From the NCBI RefSeq assembly GCF_009834535.1, contig NC_045697.1:37512001-37576000 (forward strand): a stretch of DNA of 64,000 nt, written 5' to 3'. The position numbers and the translations under genes are program-made. The notes beneath the pieces were generated by a model. The model was not told where the DNA came from. It saw only the letters and a program-made list of their open reading frames with translations, and ran no database searches. Shown piece by piece: positions 25,127 through 37,439 of this stretch (its first letter is position 1; each line of letters starts with the position of its first letter). The stretch is from Camelus ferus. Taxonomy: Eukaryota.

Positions 25127-26483
25127 ACAGCAAGGTCCTCCAAGTACCTTTCCACCTTCTGTCTCTCCACCACATGCACCCCCATAGCCTAGTCTTACGT
25201 TTGTACTTGCCTGTTTTTACTGCTTCTTTTAAGGAATTCCACACCCATATCTGGACACCACATCACCTCTTCTTCCTTCAAGCCACAAGTTGAAACCTCC
25301 TCTCCTTGTCTACGGAACTTTCTCTGACTTGGTCCCAACTCTTAAAACAGATTTTATCTTTTCCTACTAGACACACCTCAAGCAAAACACTCATTACACC
25401 AGGGCAATTGCAAGTTTACGGGTCCCTTTCCCCTGGTTGACAGTGGGCTTTCTGAGACAAACAGCCATGCATTAGTCCCCTGGGTATTTAAAGCATGACT
25501 ACTCTGCTTAGTACTGCAAATCACCATAGCTACACAATAAATATCTGTTGTAAAGATGGACAAAATTGTAAGTTCATGTTTGGGATCAGGGTCTTTTAGA
25601 AATCAAGCAAGACAAAGATCATTTCTATATTTGGGGGCAACTAGAATATTTTAAAAATGAGAAAAAAAACCCAATTCTTAGTTTGAGGCTCTCTGTGCAC
25701 ACAAGACATGGACCAAATGTCCCCTGGCCCTCCTCCCTGTGACATTCTCTTTAGGTTCAGTTGGGATAACTCAGATCATTTCAGCCCTGAATACCTCGCA
25801 TGGTTCAGGGATACACAGAATGTAATTCTGTCCCTTGACTGTGTCCCAATCAGAATACGGATGAATGTCAAGACAGACAGTGGTAAAATTGTGAGGCAGG
25901 CTGTTTCTATTTGGAGGGGGGGGGGTTTCCTTCCGCACTCCTGTTTCAAGGCTCCCCACAGGCTTAGCCGTTCTCCCAGTTCATATCCCCCCTTCTTTCC
26001 ATTCACTTTGTCACTAAGTATGGAGTGAACATACTTTATATCATGATGTATCCTTGACACAAAATTGTGTACACAGAGATGAAACAGCTCAGCGGGATCA
26101 AAACTGTGTCAGCGTCAAAATGCACGGGAGACGTGCCTGTGGCTTGAAGAACATCTTGGAGACAGTAGTGGAGCCTTCACTTAAGAAATGCTGTGTCATC
26201 AGCACTCATGGAAGATAATTTTGTGTGAAAAATCATAGATTTTAATGACCCTGAGTATAAAAGTATTTTAAAAAGTTATACCCTGTGTGTGAAGAAGTTT
26301 CTCGAATACCTTACCACATGTATTTCACTTCTGATTTCCTTTTCATGTATGCACAAGAGTTGTATTTGATGAAAAGTCTGTGTATACATGAGGATTTGTT
26401 TAATATGCTTAAAATAAAAATTCAAAGCCTGGGTTATAATCTAATTTGCTATTTCCTTGGTGGTACATAAAATAATGGTACTT

Positions 26484-26792
26484 GTATTGGTTTGCAAGGG
26501 CTGCTGTAACAAAGTACCACAAACTGGGCAGCTTACAGAGCAGAAATCTGTTTTCTCGTAGTTCTGGAGGCTGTCAAAGATCAAGCTGTTGGCAGAGCTG
26601 ATTTCTTCTGAGGCCTCTCTGTTCGGTTTGCAGATGGCCATCTACTCCCTGCACTGTGGTCTTCGTTCTGTACCTGTCAGTGTCCAGATTCCCTCGTCTT
26701 ATAAAGATACTGGTTATATTGGACTAGGGCCCATGCTGATGATTTCATTTTAACCTATTACCTCTTTAAAGACCTTATCTCCAAATACAGTT

Positions 26793-26831
<39 letters not shown>

Positions 26832-27678
26832 TATGAAAGTATAGTTGATTTACAGTATTGTGTTAATTTCTGGTGCATGGCAAATTGATTCATTTATATA
26901 TATGTATGTATATATATTCTTTTTCTACAGGCCACTAAAAGGCATTGAATATAGTTTCCTGTGCTATACAGTAGGACCTTGTTGTTTATCTATTCTATAT
27001 ATAGTAGTTAGTATGTACAAATCCCCAGCTCCCAATTTAACCCTTTCCACCCTTTTTATCCCCTGGTAACCGTAAGTTTGTTTTCAATGTCTATGAATCT
27101 TTCTCTGTAAATAAATTTATTTGTGTCCTTTTTTTTTTTAGATTCCACATATGGGTGATATCATGTAGTATTTTTCCTTCTTTTTCTGGCTTACTTCACT
27201 TAGTATAATGATCTCCAGGTCCATCCATGTTGCTGCAAATGGCATTATTTTATTCCTTTTTATGGCTGAGTAGTATTCCTTTGTATATACATCTATATCT
27301 TCATCTATATCTATATATCACAACTTCTTTATCTAGTCATCTGTTGATGGACATTTAGGTTGCTTCCATGCCTTGGCTATTGCAAATAGTGCAACTGTGA
27401 ACATTGGGGTGCACGTATTTTTTGAATTAAAGTATCCTCTGGATATATGCCCAAGAGTGGAATTTCTGGATCATAGGCTACATCTATTTTCAGTTTTTAA
27501 AGGAATCTCCATATTGTTTTCCATAATGGCTGCACCAAACTACAGTCCCACCAAAGTGTAGGAGGGTTCCCTTTTCCCTACACCCTCTCCAGCATTTCAG
27601 ATACAGTTTATTTTGAGATACTGAGTGTTAAGACTTCAATAATAAATTTGAGGAGAACACGATGTGGAGCATAACACT
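26484..27678 (-). mobile_element. MaLR solo LTR (MLT1A-like) split by a young L1
   Basis: 'tgtattggtttgcaagggctgctgtaacaaagtaccacaaactggg...ctccaaatacagt', resuming at ~27598 'atacagtttattttgagatactgagtgttaagacttcaa'. Confidence 0.85.
26792..27597 (-). mobile_element. 5'-truncated young L1 with (TTTA)n tail
   Basis: L1 3' UTR/ORF2 end; TSD atacagttt on both sides. Confidence 0.92.
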
Positions 27679-29019
27679 GCCTCACAATTGATAGTTTCTT
27701 AGTTCAATGAAATTTAGAGTATAAACCTCAGAGGATCGTACTGATATTAAATGAGTCCCTAGGAGCATAGGAAGCACTATCTGAGCCCTAGCTGTTTATT
27801 CTTACCTACTTTACAGAGTGGTTGAGAAAGCTAAACAAGACAGCACTTGCAAAGGGCCTAGCCGAGAACCTAGCATCCAGGGAGCCCTCTGTCAGTGTTG
27901 ACTGCTATCTCACTATTCATTTGGAAATATTTTCATACCAGTAAAGAAAAGTTATTGAGAGAAAGGAATTCCCCATATGAAAAATAAGAAAATATATATA
28001 TAAATTTAAAGATAGGAAATACATATATATTTTAAATCTTGGAACTTGATGATGATTTTGAAAACCCTAGTGCACAATTAAGAAAGCAGAAGCTGACAGT
28101 CATGACTTCAGGCATAATGCTTACATGATTAATGTCCAAAAGTGTTTTGTAATTACCTAATTGTCTGGCACCATCTCAAGTCCTACTTTTTAACCCTTTC
28201 ATGGGAAGCCAAAGACATCTCCAGCGGGTATGACACACTGATGCAAAATGCATTAAGCTTTTACAGCAGTGCCTCAAGACCACCAATAGCATCAAGAGAT
28301 TAATAATTGGAGTAAGAGAGATAAATGTCTTTGATGAATAATTCAGCCCCTGGTCAGAAATTAGAAACTTGAGAGCCCCAATACTTGGGTGAGTCAACAG
28401 AAACCCGCCTTTAATGGGCTATAATTTTAAATATGAGGAGGATGTTGCCAGTTGTCACTTATATCAGCTTAAAACACACTTCTCAATGAAAAGAAAATCC
28501 CTCAAAATGAGATCACCCAACTGAGGCAGGTTTGAGATAAATAGAGATGAGTACGTTTCTGATCTAGCTTAACAACAGATTCTCTTTGTCATCCTGAACA
28601 AGATCGTGAACTTCTTTATAGATAAACTTATGAAAATTTTAAGCCTCACATGTACATTTTATCTCTAAATTAGGCATTCCTCCACCAAGCCACACTGTTA
28701 TTAGATTAGCTTTCTTCTTCTCTAATACCCAGAGTTTTTCACTGAGTCCACCCTTATTAAAATGTCCCAACCAACCCTAGAAATTTCTAATATTCTCAAC
28801 AAATCTACTCTGTGCTAACAAAAGAAAACTAGTGAAGGTGGTCCTAGGAAGAGTGTGTGCATTTTACATCTGGCCTTAGGTGTGCAAAACCCCAACCTTT
28901 GACATCAAATGCAAAGGAATGACTCAGATGATGGAAATTTCCATCCCAGCAGGAAGGAAGGATTTTGTCAAGGAAATACAGTACAAGCTGTTGGTTTCTA
29001 CCTATAAAAGAAGGATGTA

Positions 29020-29470
29020 AGTCTGTAGCAGACAAAGCTGTGTCCTCACCAAGCCCATTTCATGTTCTTCTTGGGCACACAGCTGAACTACATTTCCCAA
29101 CCTCCTCTGTGGTTAGTGGGGCCATGAGACAGAGTCCTGGCCAATGGAATGCATGATGAGTCCAAGCCTGGCCCTCAAACTCCCAGAGCCACCCTCCACT
29201 GCCTCATCTACCACATGAATGATGATGCAAGCCTGGGGACCACAGTATTCAGGGCAACCTTGAGAGAAAAGCCCTGAACATGGAAGAGCCACAGTCTAGA
29301 AGGATCCTGGATCCTGACTGACTGCAGAGAGCAGGCAGCCCCTACTACACATTTATCGACCATATTATACTGTGACATGAGTGAGAAATACACTTTTACT
29401 GTGTTAACCCACTGAGATTTAGTGGTTATTTCTTCCAGCAGCTATAGCTTTATTCACCTTGAATGTTACA
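29020..29470 (+). mobile_element. Old MaLR LTR (MLT1I/J-like)
   Basis: 'ctacatttcccaacctcctctgtggttagtggggccatgagac...tggccaatggaatg' and 'gagtgagaaatacacttttactgtgttaacccactgagattt'. Confidence 0.8.
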
Positions 29471-29599
29471 GGTATTGACAGTCCTGAAAGGAACATTACA
29501 AGGATCAACTTACTGATTTGCTTTTTAATTTATTCAACAAGTATTTATTTCAAAGCTATGATGTAAGAGTTACTCTGCTAGGTACCAACCCGTGAAGCA

Positions 29600-29850
29600 C
29601 TCTGATGACAGAGTTTAAGACCCTGGACTTTACAGTCAAAACTGGTATTTGAATTCTAGTCCTGTCATTTCTCAGCTGTGTGACTTTGATCATGTTACTT
29701 AACTTCTCTGGACTTTAGTTTTCTTACCTGCAAGATGGGATAATGATAATATCTACCTCATAAGGTTTTCCTGAGAATTAAATGAACTAATCAATGTCTG
29801 TAAAATACTGAGCTCCTTTGTGGCATATAACTCAATAAAAGTTGACATCA
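29600..29850 (+). mobile_element. MIR SINE
   Basis: 'cagctgtgtgactttgatcatgttacttaacttctctggactttagttttc...ctacctcataaggtt'. Confidence 0.8.
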
Positions 29851-31315
29851 TTGTCGAGTCTGGACAAAGCTCCAATTTTCCAAGTTAAACATTACATGAA
29901 TTATTGTTAATCGTCAAATTTATAAGTGCATTCTGCTTTATAAGTACACAGCCATGAAGGGCTAATCCAATGATTTTTCTGAAAGGGACTGAAGAAATGT
30001 GCTCATCAGGGCAGATTCCCAGCACTTGCCCTGCTTTGGACAAAGAAGCACACCCTCTGGCAGTGCATTCTGGGAAACTGCATTTTAGTGGAGGAAAAGC
30101 ACAAAATTACTGGCAAGATTTGCAGATTTGGAAGAAGAAGAGAGAAAGAAAATGGCAGTTAAAGGAGGGCCTCCTTCCCTCAGATAGCCCTAATGATATG
30201 TTTTCTCTGCACTCTGGGTCTTTTCCAGTGGGATGGGTTCATTAAATAAATATGTGTTTCTCTTTACTTTTTCAAAAGCCAGTAATACAAAGACTTATGT
30301 TTGTTTAGTATTTTTTTAATTTGCTTTCACGGCCAAAAAATGTCTGTTGGGCAGGCACTTCCTTGAGAAGATCCTATTTACCCTGTTTCACTCCCAGTCA
30401 AGAGTTTTTCAGAAGAGAGCACAAAATGCCATTTTAGAGGTAGGATTGGATGGGCTGGTATTCAGAGATTTCCTTAACCTGGAGAAGGAGCAAAAGAAAA
30501 ACAACACAAAGCAAAACCAAACCAAATTCTGGATAAATTGGCATGGAAGGATTCCAGGCCTAGAAAAACCTTCTTTAGAAAGTTTATATATTTTTTCTAA
30601 GCCCATCATCTTTGTTTCAATTATCGATGGTTAATGAATCTGAATTTTATGATGTGAACAAAAGACCTGAAGGAGATGTGAGGTTGGGCTCAAACAGGCA
30701 ATAAGTGACTTGCTTTAGGGAAGAAGCAAAATCCAAACCAGGGTACAAATCACCCGTCTTTGCCTACTCAATGCCCACAGGTTTTACCATGAAGAAGAGT
30801 TTGAGCAAAAATTCTAGGGCAAAGATTTTTAAAATGAGAAGGCAGCAGCTCCCTAAAAGCAAGCCAGGCAAGTAGCTTAATCTATTTTCCATTACAAACT
30901 GAAGGGATTGCATTGTCCCAGACATCAAAAAAGGTCACTGTGAACTTTAAAAAATCTCCATTTATTTGTTCAGCAGTTTGCATAGGACAGAGGACAGAGC
31001 CATTTGTGAGAAAGGATCCCAATTTTTTGACTCTAACCTTAAAAACTGGAGAAAGATAGGAGCAGCCCCTTGTTGTCACTGCCCCTTAATGATGAGAGGT
31101 GGCCAGCAACGTTCTGTGCCTTTGTTCTCTGGGACTCGATGCAGAAGAGATACTAGGTAGGGACCAGCTGCCCCCACGAGATTAGATCTGGCAATTTTTG
31201 GAAAGTTTTTTGAACATTTCTTAAGTAAATAAGGTAGACTAATCATATTTTCTTTTTAAAGGTCTTGAGTAAGGCGGACAAATCATATCTTTTTTTAATG
31301 GTCTTTCACTTTAAA

Positions 31316-31463
31316 AAATTTTTTTTCAATGGGGGAAATCATTAGGTCTATTTAATTATTTATTGCTAGTTTTGTTTTATAGAGGTACTGGGGTTGGGAC
31401 CAGGACCTCATGCATGCTACGCATACACTCTACCATTTGAGCTATACCCACCCCCCACCCCCC
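31316..31463 (-). mobile_element. tRNA-derived camelid-type SINE (Vic-1-like)
   Basis: Reverse complement of GGGTATAGCTCAAATGGTAGAG...GAGGTCCTGG...CCCCAGTACCTC plus A-rich tail; TSD gtctttca(c/t)tttaaa at 31301 and 31468. Confidence 0.9.
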
Positions 31464-31889
31464 ATTAGTCTTTCATTTTAAACAAGAGTGTTTAGAAGAA
31501 GGAAAATCTGTCTACCATTTGGAGTCAGAAAATTAGCCTACCAAATGGAGTTAACTGATTACCTTCTGAAACCAGTTTGGCCCAGACTGGGCCCAGGATT
31601 TCTTTAGCGGTCCCAGCACCTCCCAGGAGAAAGGGGGTGGCTCTGTTTTCATCTCGATTTTCCCCCCGCTTACATTCTGTGCCGACATTATGAGTCTTTG
31701 GGACTGTCTTTGGGAAGTTTAGACCTGAAAAAGACCTCAGGAAGGTTCCACAGCCTCAGAAAGCCCTAGACCAGATCCTTGTCTAGGGGAAATTTTCAGG
31801 CCTGGAAAGAACCTCTGCTCAGCCCGACTACCTGGCTATCACCCTTGGCTGTTCATGGGACTTGATGGCAAATCGATTTTGTGTGTTCT

Positions 31890-32090
31890 GTATATCAACT
31901 CAATTTAATCTTTACAATAACCCAATGAGGTAGGACAATTATTATCCTATTTTATAAATGAGGAAACAGGCTCAGAGAGTTTGGGTAACTTCCCCAGGGT
32001 CACACAGCTAGTCAGTGGCAGAGCTGGGATTCAAACACAGGGAGCATGATCCAAGAGCTTATGAACTTAACCACTAACTATACTATTTCT
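31890..32090 (-). mobile_element. MIR SINE
   Basis: 'atgaggaaacaggctcagagag...agggtcacacagctagtcagtggcagagctgggattcaaac'. Confidence 0.88.
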
Positions 32091-33429
32091 CTTTAAATCT
32101 GAAATGCTCAAAATAATAAAGGATAACCTGTGATGTTGGAAATACAGGTTAAGTGGTGGGGGAGATATCTTTGACTGGTGTAGCCTTCCTAGCACTCTTC
32201 ACAATCCACTTCGCAGGAGTCCATCAGTTCCTGTAAGACTCTCCCTGGTAGGTACTCCCAGGACCACTCAGTTTCAGGCAATTTCTCCTATGCCTCACGG
32301 TACACCTTCCCCAGCGCCTCATTATCCTGGCAGATCAAGTACCACGGGAGGAAGCTGCTCTTAGTCCTTCCAACCCAATAAGAGTATTCTCATTTTCCAA
32401 GATCCCTGATTATGAGCCTGAATAGAAAATTTGGTTTTTGATTAATAAGCGTGCTTGCCTTTATGTTTCTACAGAAAGCATTTGTGCTAATAATATGATA
32501 CTTAATAATGAGGTGTCTATCACAGGAAGCAAAATGTCAACGGGGAAACGGTGATGTTGGACCAAGTTTAAATGTCATGCTTTTTAAAGAGCCTTTACCC
32601 ACAAGGGTCCTACCCAAATCACTGGTATTTATAAAAGGTGCTGCAAAGTAGAGATTTTTGTTTTCCTTTTTCATTGGTGGTTCCAGGGTGCCCTCCATGT
32701 TTTAGAAAAGCCTTGGGCCTGGAAGTGCTCAAGCATCAAGCTGGCAGAGCTTGGCAGAGTAACATTGCTGCCAAGTTGAGGACAAATCTATTTGTCCCTC
32801 TGTTACCATTAGAACCTTCATCCCTGCATTTAGAACCTGACATGTGCCAAACTGCCCAATTGTTCCTTGCCTGTCATTAAAGTCTGCAGCTAAACACGGG
32901 TTTTGAAATACATCATCGCAACTGTCCAAACAAAAACCCCAGTGTATTCAAGAGTCCCAGGGAGGATCGGGGTGTAGGACTAAAATGATGTGAATTGGCC
33001 AAGATTCAAAATGCCATTTAAAATCAAGCACACAAAAAAAGTGGTGCCTGTGAAAAGCACTGGATTGACAAGCATAAAGGCATAAAGGCTGGATTCCTGT
33101 GTTTTCCGAGCTCCTGAGAGAGCCTGCCCCTCTTTACTGGCCTGCATGGCTCATTCTGAAGGGGCAGAAAAAAGTGTTTGTTCCAGAACAAGACTGGCCA
33201 GAGAGATGTGACAGCAGACCAATACCCCAGCAATGTGGCCTCTCCCTGGCTCTCCACTCCTGAACACCAACTCAATTCCAGTCACATCAGTAGGAGGTTG
33301 GAGGTAATGGGATGGAAGGGCTGAAGAGGGCATCTGGTTATTGTAAGATAAAACTAGTCATTTTTGACTTATCAGTGTAATTTTCCCGGAGCACCTAAAT
33401 GCAGAAACTTTGTGCACTATAACCAAGCC

Positions 33430-33780
33430 TACCTGATCAGGCTACACTAAATTATGCCACAGTAACAAGCAACTCCAAAATCACAGTGGCTTAAGCCAAC
33501 AAAGATTTATTTCTCATCATACTACCAGTCCATCAAGGTTCAGCCCGGAGGCTCCTCTCCTGATAGTCTTCAGAAACCCAGGTTGATGAACAGTCATCAT
33601 CTCCAATGCCATGACTCAAAGGCCAGAAGGGAAAAAAGCCCTGGAGGGTCTCAGAGTGGCAGCTAAATGATCTGGCCTGGGATTGACACCGTCTTATTTT
33701 CTCAAAATTCATTGGCCAGAACTAATCACCTGGCCAAACACAAGAAGGCCAGGATGTGTAATCCTACCATCTGCCATGGT
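33430..33780 (-). mobile_element. Old MaLR LTR (MLT1J/K-like)
   Basis: 'cagtaacaagcaactccaaaatcacagtggcttaag...atttatttctc' and 'cattggccagaactaatcac'. Confidence 0.75.
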
Positions 33781-34149
33781 GACTATCAATGACACCCTAG
33801 GTCACATCTCTAAGCAGCAAAGTTCAAACTCTTGACTTGAATTTTCTGTACACCATGATTTTAATATAGAAGCAGAGCTCACCGGCAACCAGAGTTAATT
33901 GAGCGGATCCTTGATGATGGAAAGGCGAGTCATCTGGGTAGCTCAGTATAGCCTAAAACTCTAGCTTTGTTTGGATATTCCATTCTTCCTCCAGAAGTTA
34001 TCATCAGAGTCCCTGACTTAGTCCCAGAATTACTGATTCCCTTGCTTGTCTATTTGGAGTCCTCCAGATTGGAGAGAATTTGGAAACATACCAAGTACTC
34101 TGGACCCTTTCTAGTCCAGATGCCCTTGCATTCTGGGTAGGAGAAAAAC

Positions 34150-34640
34150 AAGTCCCTGGAGCAGGGCAAGACCCTAGGGAATTATTTTCTGACATCAATT
34201 GTGATCCAGAATTCCTGCCAGAGGTCTGTGGTATCTGCAATATCTGCAAACTGCCAGGGGAGTCTTGTTTCCCAGGTGTGTGTGGCTGTGTTAATGTATG
34301 CAGAATCTTGTGATCTGTAAAACATGCATTCAGTTATAAAAGGGGCACTGAACTCATCTGATCATTGCATATTTTCTCAGTCGACAGCTCCTCAAAGCAC
34401 TTGCAGCATAACTTTGAGGAGGGGGTGGTCTGCCAATTTTGGGGAGATGATTTAAAAAGTTAAAGAGGTTCTTATAGTGTTAGAAATTTCTGCTCCCTGG
34501 ATTGGGTGCTTTGTGAGGGTCTTTTTTTAGGTATTCTCAGACCTTTTGGGTGAAATTTCTGGGCAAAGGAAAGCCGTAGGTAAATATTTCAGTAGGTGTT
34601 CCTGAAGCTGAAATTTGTCTTCTAGGAGAGTTATCCCATT
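34150..34640 (+). repeat. Diverged direct repeat, copy B (partner at ~21200-21670)
   Basis: Identical 24-mer at 34371-34394; TATAAAAG at 34335; 10-bp inverted repeat 34388-34421. Confidence 0.75.
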
Positions 34641-35315
34641 GAGGGTGGGTGAGTTAGCAGGAGGGGTAGCATTTTGAGAATACCAACCTAAAGCTTTGTG
34701 CAAACAAAACTCCTGCTTGCAGGCAGGTCGGTGCAGACGACATTTGGTCAAGGGGCATCATGGGAAGCAGGAAATCAACGATTATAGAGCTGGGATGGAG
34801 AGGAGTATACACCGCCCCCCAGTGTTCATTGTGGTGACTGAATGCTTGTCATCACCCATTTCAGGTGGGGTCAGAGTAATCTGCTCACAGTTACAAATGG
34901 AAGGAAAGGCAGGTGTACGTCAAGACCACAGCAATGTCCCAGCGCATGGTTTTCTGTCATGTTAGCACAGATGATAAACCCATTGGTGGGGTGGCTGGCG
35001 GCAGTACAGAGTACAGAATCAGAATAATCTCTTTAAGTCCACCTTGTTCATATTCCTGGTCAACGCTCCCCTTCTCCCTGGCAGGATCTTCTGGAAGGGC
35101 TGAAGGAGGATTACTGAGTCATATATGCCAGCAGCACATGCATCCACAGTCTGGGGAGAAGAACTCCCTGTTGATCATCTTCCCTGTGCAAATGACCACA
35201 GCTCATCACATGAGCTTTGTAGATGAAACCAGTCACTATTTATAGGACCAAGGAAAGATTCATCAGCAAAAGACAACCGTTTGTGACCTGAGCCCATGGA
35301 ATGCCATCTCTAACT

Positions 35316-35332
35316 CTGCCCTCTAGAGGCAG
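35316..35332 (-). promoter_or_regulatory. Candidate CTCF site
   Basis: Minus strand TGCCTCTAGAGGGCAG resembles the CTCF core CCASYAGRKGGCRS; motif evidence only. Confidence 0.4.
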
Positions 35333-36030
35333 GACACGCTGGTTAACGCAATCAAACCTTCACGTTGGAGAAACGTCAGTGGTAGGTGGACAACATGAGA
35401 GCCTGTCACTTTACGCTAGGCTGTGGCCGGTGCCCTTGAAAGCTCAGACACATGCTGTTGTTGGAATTTCTGGGAACCAGAGTGACCACATAGCCGATAA
35501 AGCCAAGGAGGTAACTTCTTCTGTTACTCTGAATCCCTAGGCCTGTGTAGTAAGTTCATATTGGTTAGTATACGTAGCTCTTCCTTTTCTTTCTTTAGAG
35601 ATCAATCATCATTATTTATTTGAATGAATGAATCCTTTCATCTTAATGGTACACAATGAGCAAAAAATGGAATAGAAACCACATCCTTAGGTCATAGTCC
35701 TGTTTATTTGCATGGTTTCCCAGCCAAAGCCCCGAGCTGGCTGCCATAAGCTTCTCTCCAGGTCTAGGAGTCAGGGCAGGGAAAGAGTTAAAGATGGGGC
35801 TGGTCTGCAGCTGCTGGGCCTGAGAAAAGTCCATGACACCATTCTGGGCAAAGTCAGATTTAGGACAAATATACAGAGCAAGCACTAACTCCAGAGGGGC
35901 CAGTAAGCCCCAGGTCCCAAGGGAAGCATCTGCCACCTGCCCAAGCAATGGGGGCAGGAAGGCTGATGGCAGACAGAACAGAGGGAAATTAGCTGATTTC
36001 CCTGGTTTGCAGAGCTCGCCCCTCTTACAG

Positions 36031-36259
36031 AGGATCCTGGGAAGCAGCTGTAGATGGAGAAGGAGCTGCTGAAGGGGAAAATGTCTGGACTTGTGTTTGG
36101 TGTAAACCCAAGGGCCCCTCGGAGTCAAAAAAATTATTGGAGAATAAAAGAGCAGTGGCAGCTGAAGGGATTGCAGCCAGCCCTCGCTCAGCAGGCTGTC
36201 TTCTGGGGAGATCAGGATCACGGAGCCCATCAGCCAGAACCGATCTCTGAATGTCCAGG
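36031..36259 (+). other. Candidate exon of an unidentified transcript
   Basis: Acceptor 'ctcgcccctcttacag|' and strong donor 'AGG|GTGAGT'; no homology recognised. Confidence 0.25.
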
Positions 36260-36322
36260 GTGAGTGGTGCGCACACACAGAGATTACGCGTTGCCGAGGC
36301 CCCAGGGGGGACAGTTCTGGAA

Positions 36323-36343
36323 GTCAGCACCACGGAGAGGGCA
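36323..36343 (+). promoter_or_regulatory. RE1/NRSE (REST-binding) element
   Basis: GTCAGCACCACGGAGAGGGCA matches TTCAGCACCACGGACAGCGCC at 17/21 with canonical 2-bp half-site spacing. Confidence 0.7.
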
Positions 36344-37439
36344 GGGCCTGTGGGCTGCCTGAGAAAGTGAACAGGACACCATGAGCTAATGGAGTGAAGC
36401 CAGATGAATACAAAGGCCTTAGGAGGAGTAGAAAGACAGCAGAGCCAAGGAAGCAGCTTCTTGAGGAAGGCTGTGGAAGAGCCTAGAGGGGGCCCAAGGA
36501 TCTGCATTTTGAACCAAAGCCTAAGATGATTCCAATGCAGGTGGGGCCATAAGCCACATTTTGGCAGATGAGAGGTTTTAGAGGACTGATGTGTGTGGCA
36601 TCCCATGGACATAGGAAACACATGTTCCAATCTTCCAATGTTTTGGTAAGAACTCTGGGAGATGGTAGTTTGCTAAGCTAGAGAAGGGGTGGAACTCGGG
36701 CAGACAGTGGGCTGAGCTGCAGGGCCAGCCCACCTTCATGTCTGAGCCTGGGGTGTACTTCTGGGCCTCTGGGTTCTCTTCTCAGGCACAGTGACAGGAC
36801 CAAAAGGCAGAGTGACAAGTGTCTCTGGGGTCCTGTCCTAACGGCATCACGTGCCAGCCACCTGAGAGAGAGGAGCCCTGCACTTGAACTCAGCCACAGT
36901 CGACTGTGGAAGCTTTTGCGTCCAGGGTGTGTGCACGCCTGCTAACTCACACATTCCCACGCAGATCTGCCCTTGGCCTTGCCGAGTGTGAATCTGTGAA
37001 ATGAAGGTCAATGCTATCTTGGTATGAGGACCTGATCAGACTGGGGTCTGACTAATTTTTAGGAATCCTAGAAATTTTTCCTTTGGGGTTTTATTTTCAT
37101 GAGAATCTAAAACAAAAGCTTTACCAGTTATAAAGATAACGTTTTTCTTTTGGAAAAAAGATTCCCATTTGAAAGTCTTCTTCCATAGAGTAAAACTTGA
37201 TTTTTTTTAAAGCCAGTGTGTCTCTAGCTGTGGTCTCCAGAAATACTAGGGGGCCTTCAAATACATTCTCCCAGATCTATCTGAATGGTCTTTTCTTTTT
37301 CTTATTAAAAGTGAAAACCACCATTTTAGTGCATTGCAATGGAACAATAGTTTTAAGTATAGGATCCAGAATGAAATTCTCCTTGGCTTTATAATGGCAT
37401 TAAGTGGAAAATCTCCAAGGATGAACTACATGGTGTGCC

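Noticed and set aside
31230..31306. ~40-bp imperfect tandem duplication next to a SINE
   Set aside because: Two-copy local slippage with no sign of function.
36066..36081. GCTGAAGGGGAAA, resembling the FGF1 start
   Set aside because: No preceding ATG at the right position, and the downstream sequence does not encode FGF1.
35643..36630. 211-aa and 201-aa minus-strand ORFs
   Set aside because: Non-ATG starts, no recognisable domain, partial overlap with a MER5-like remnant; long chance ORFs are expected in GC-richer DNA.
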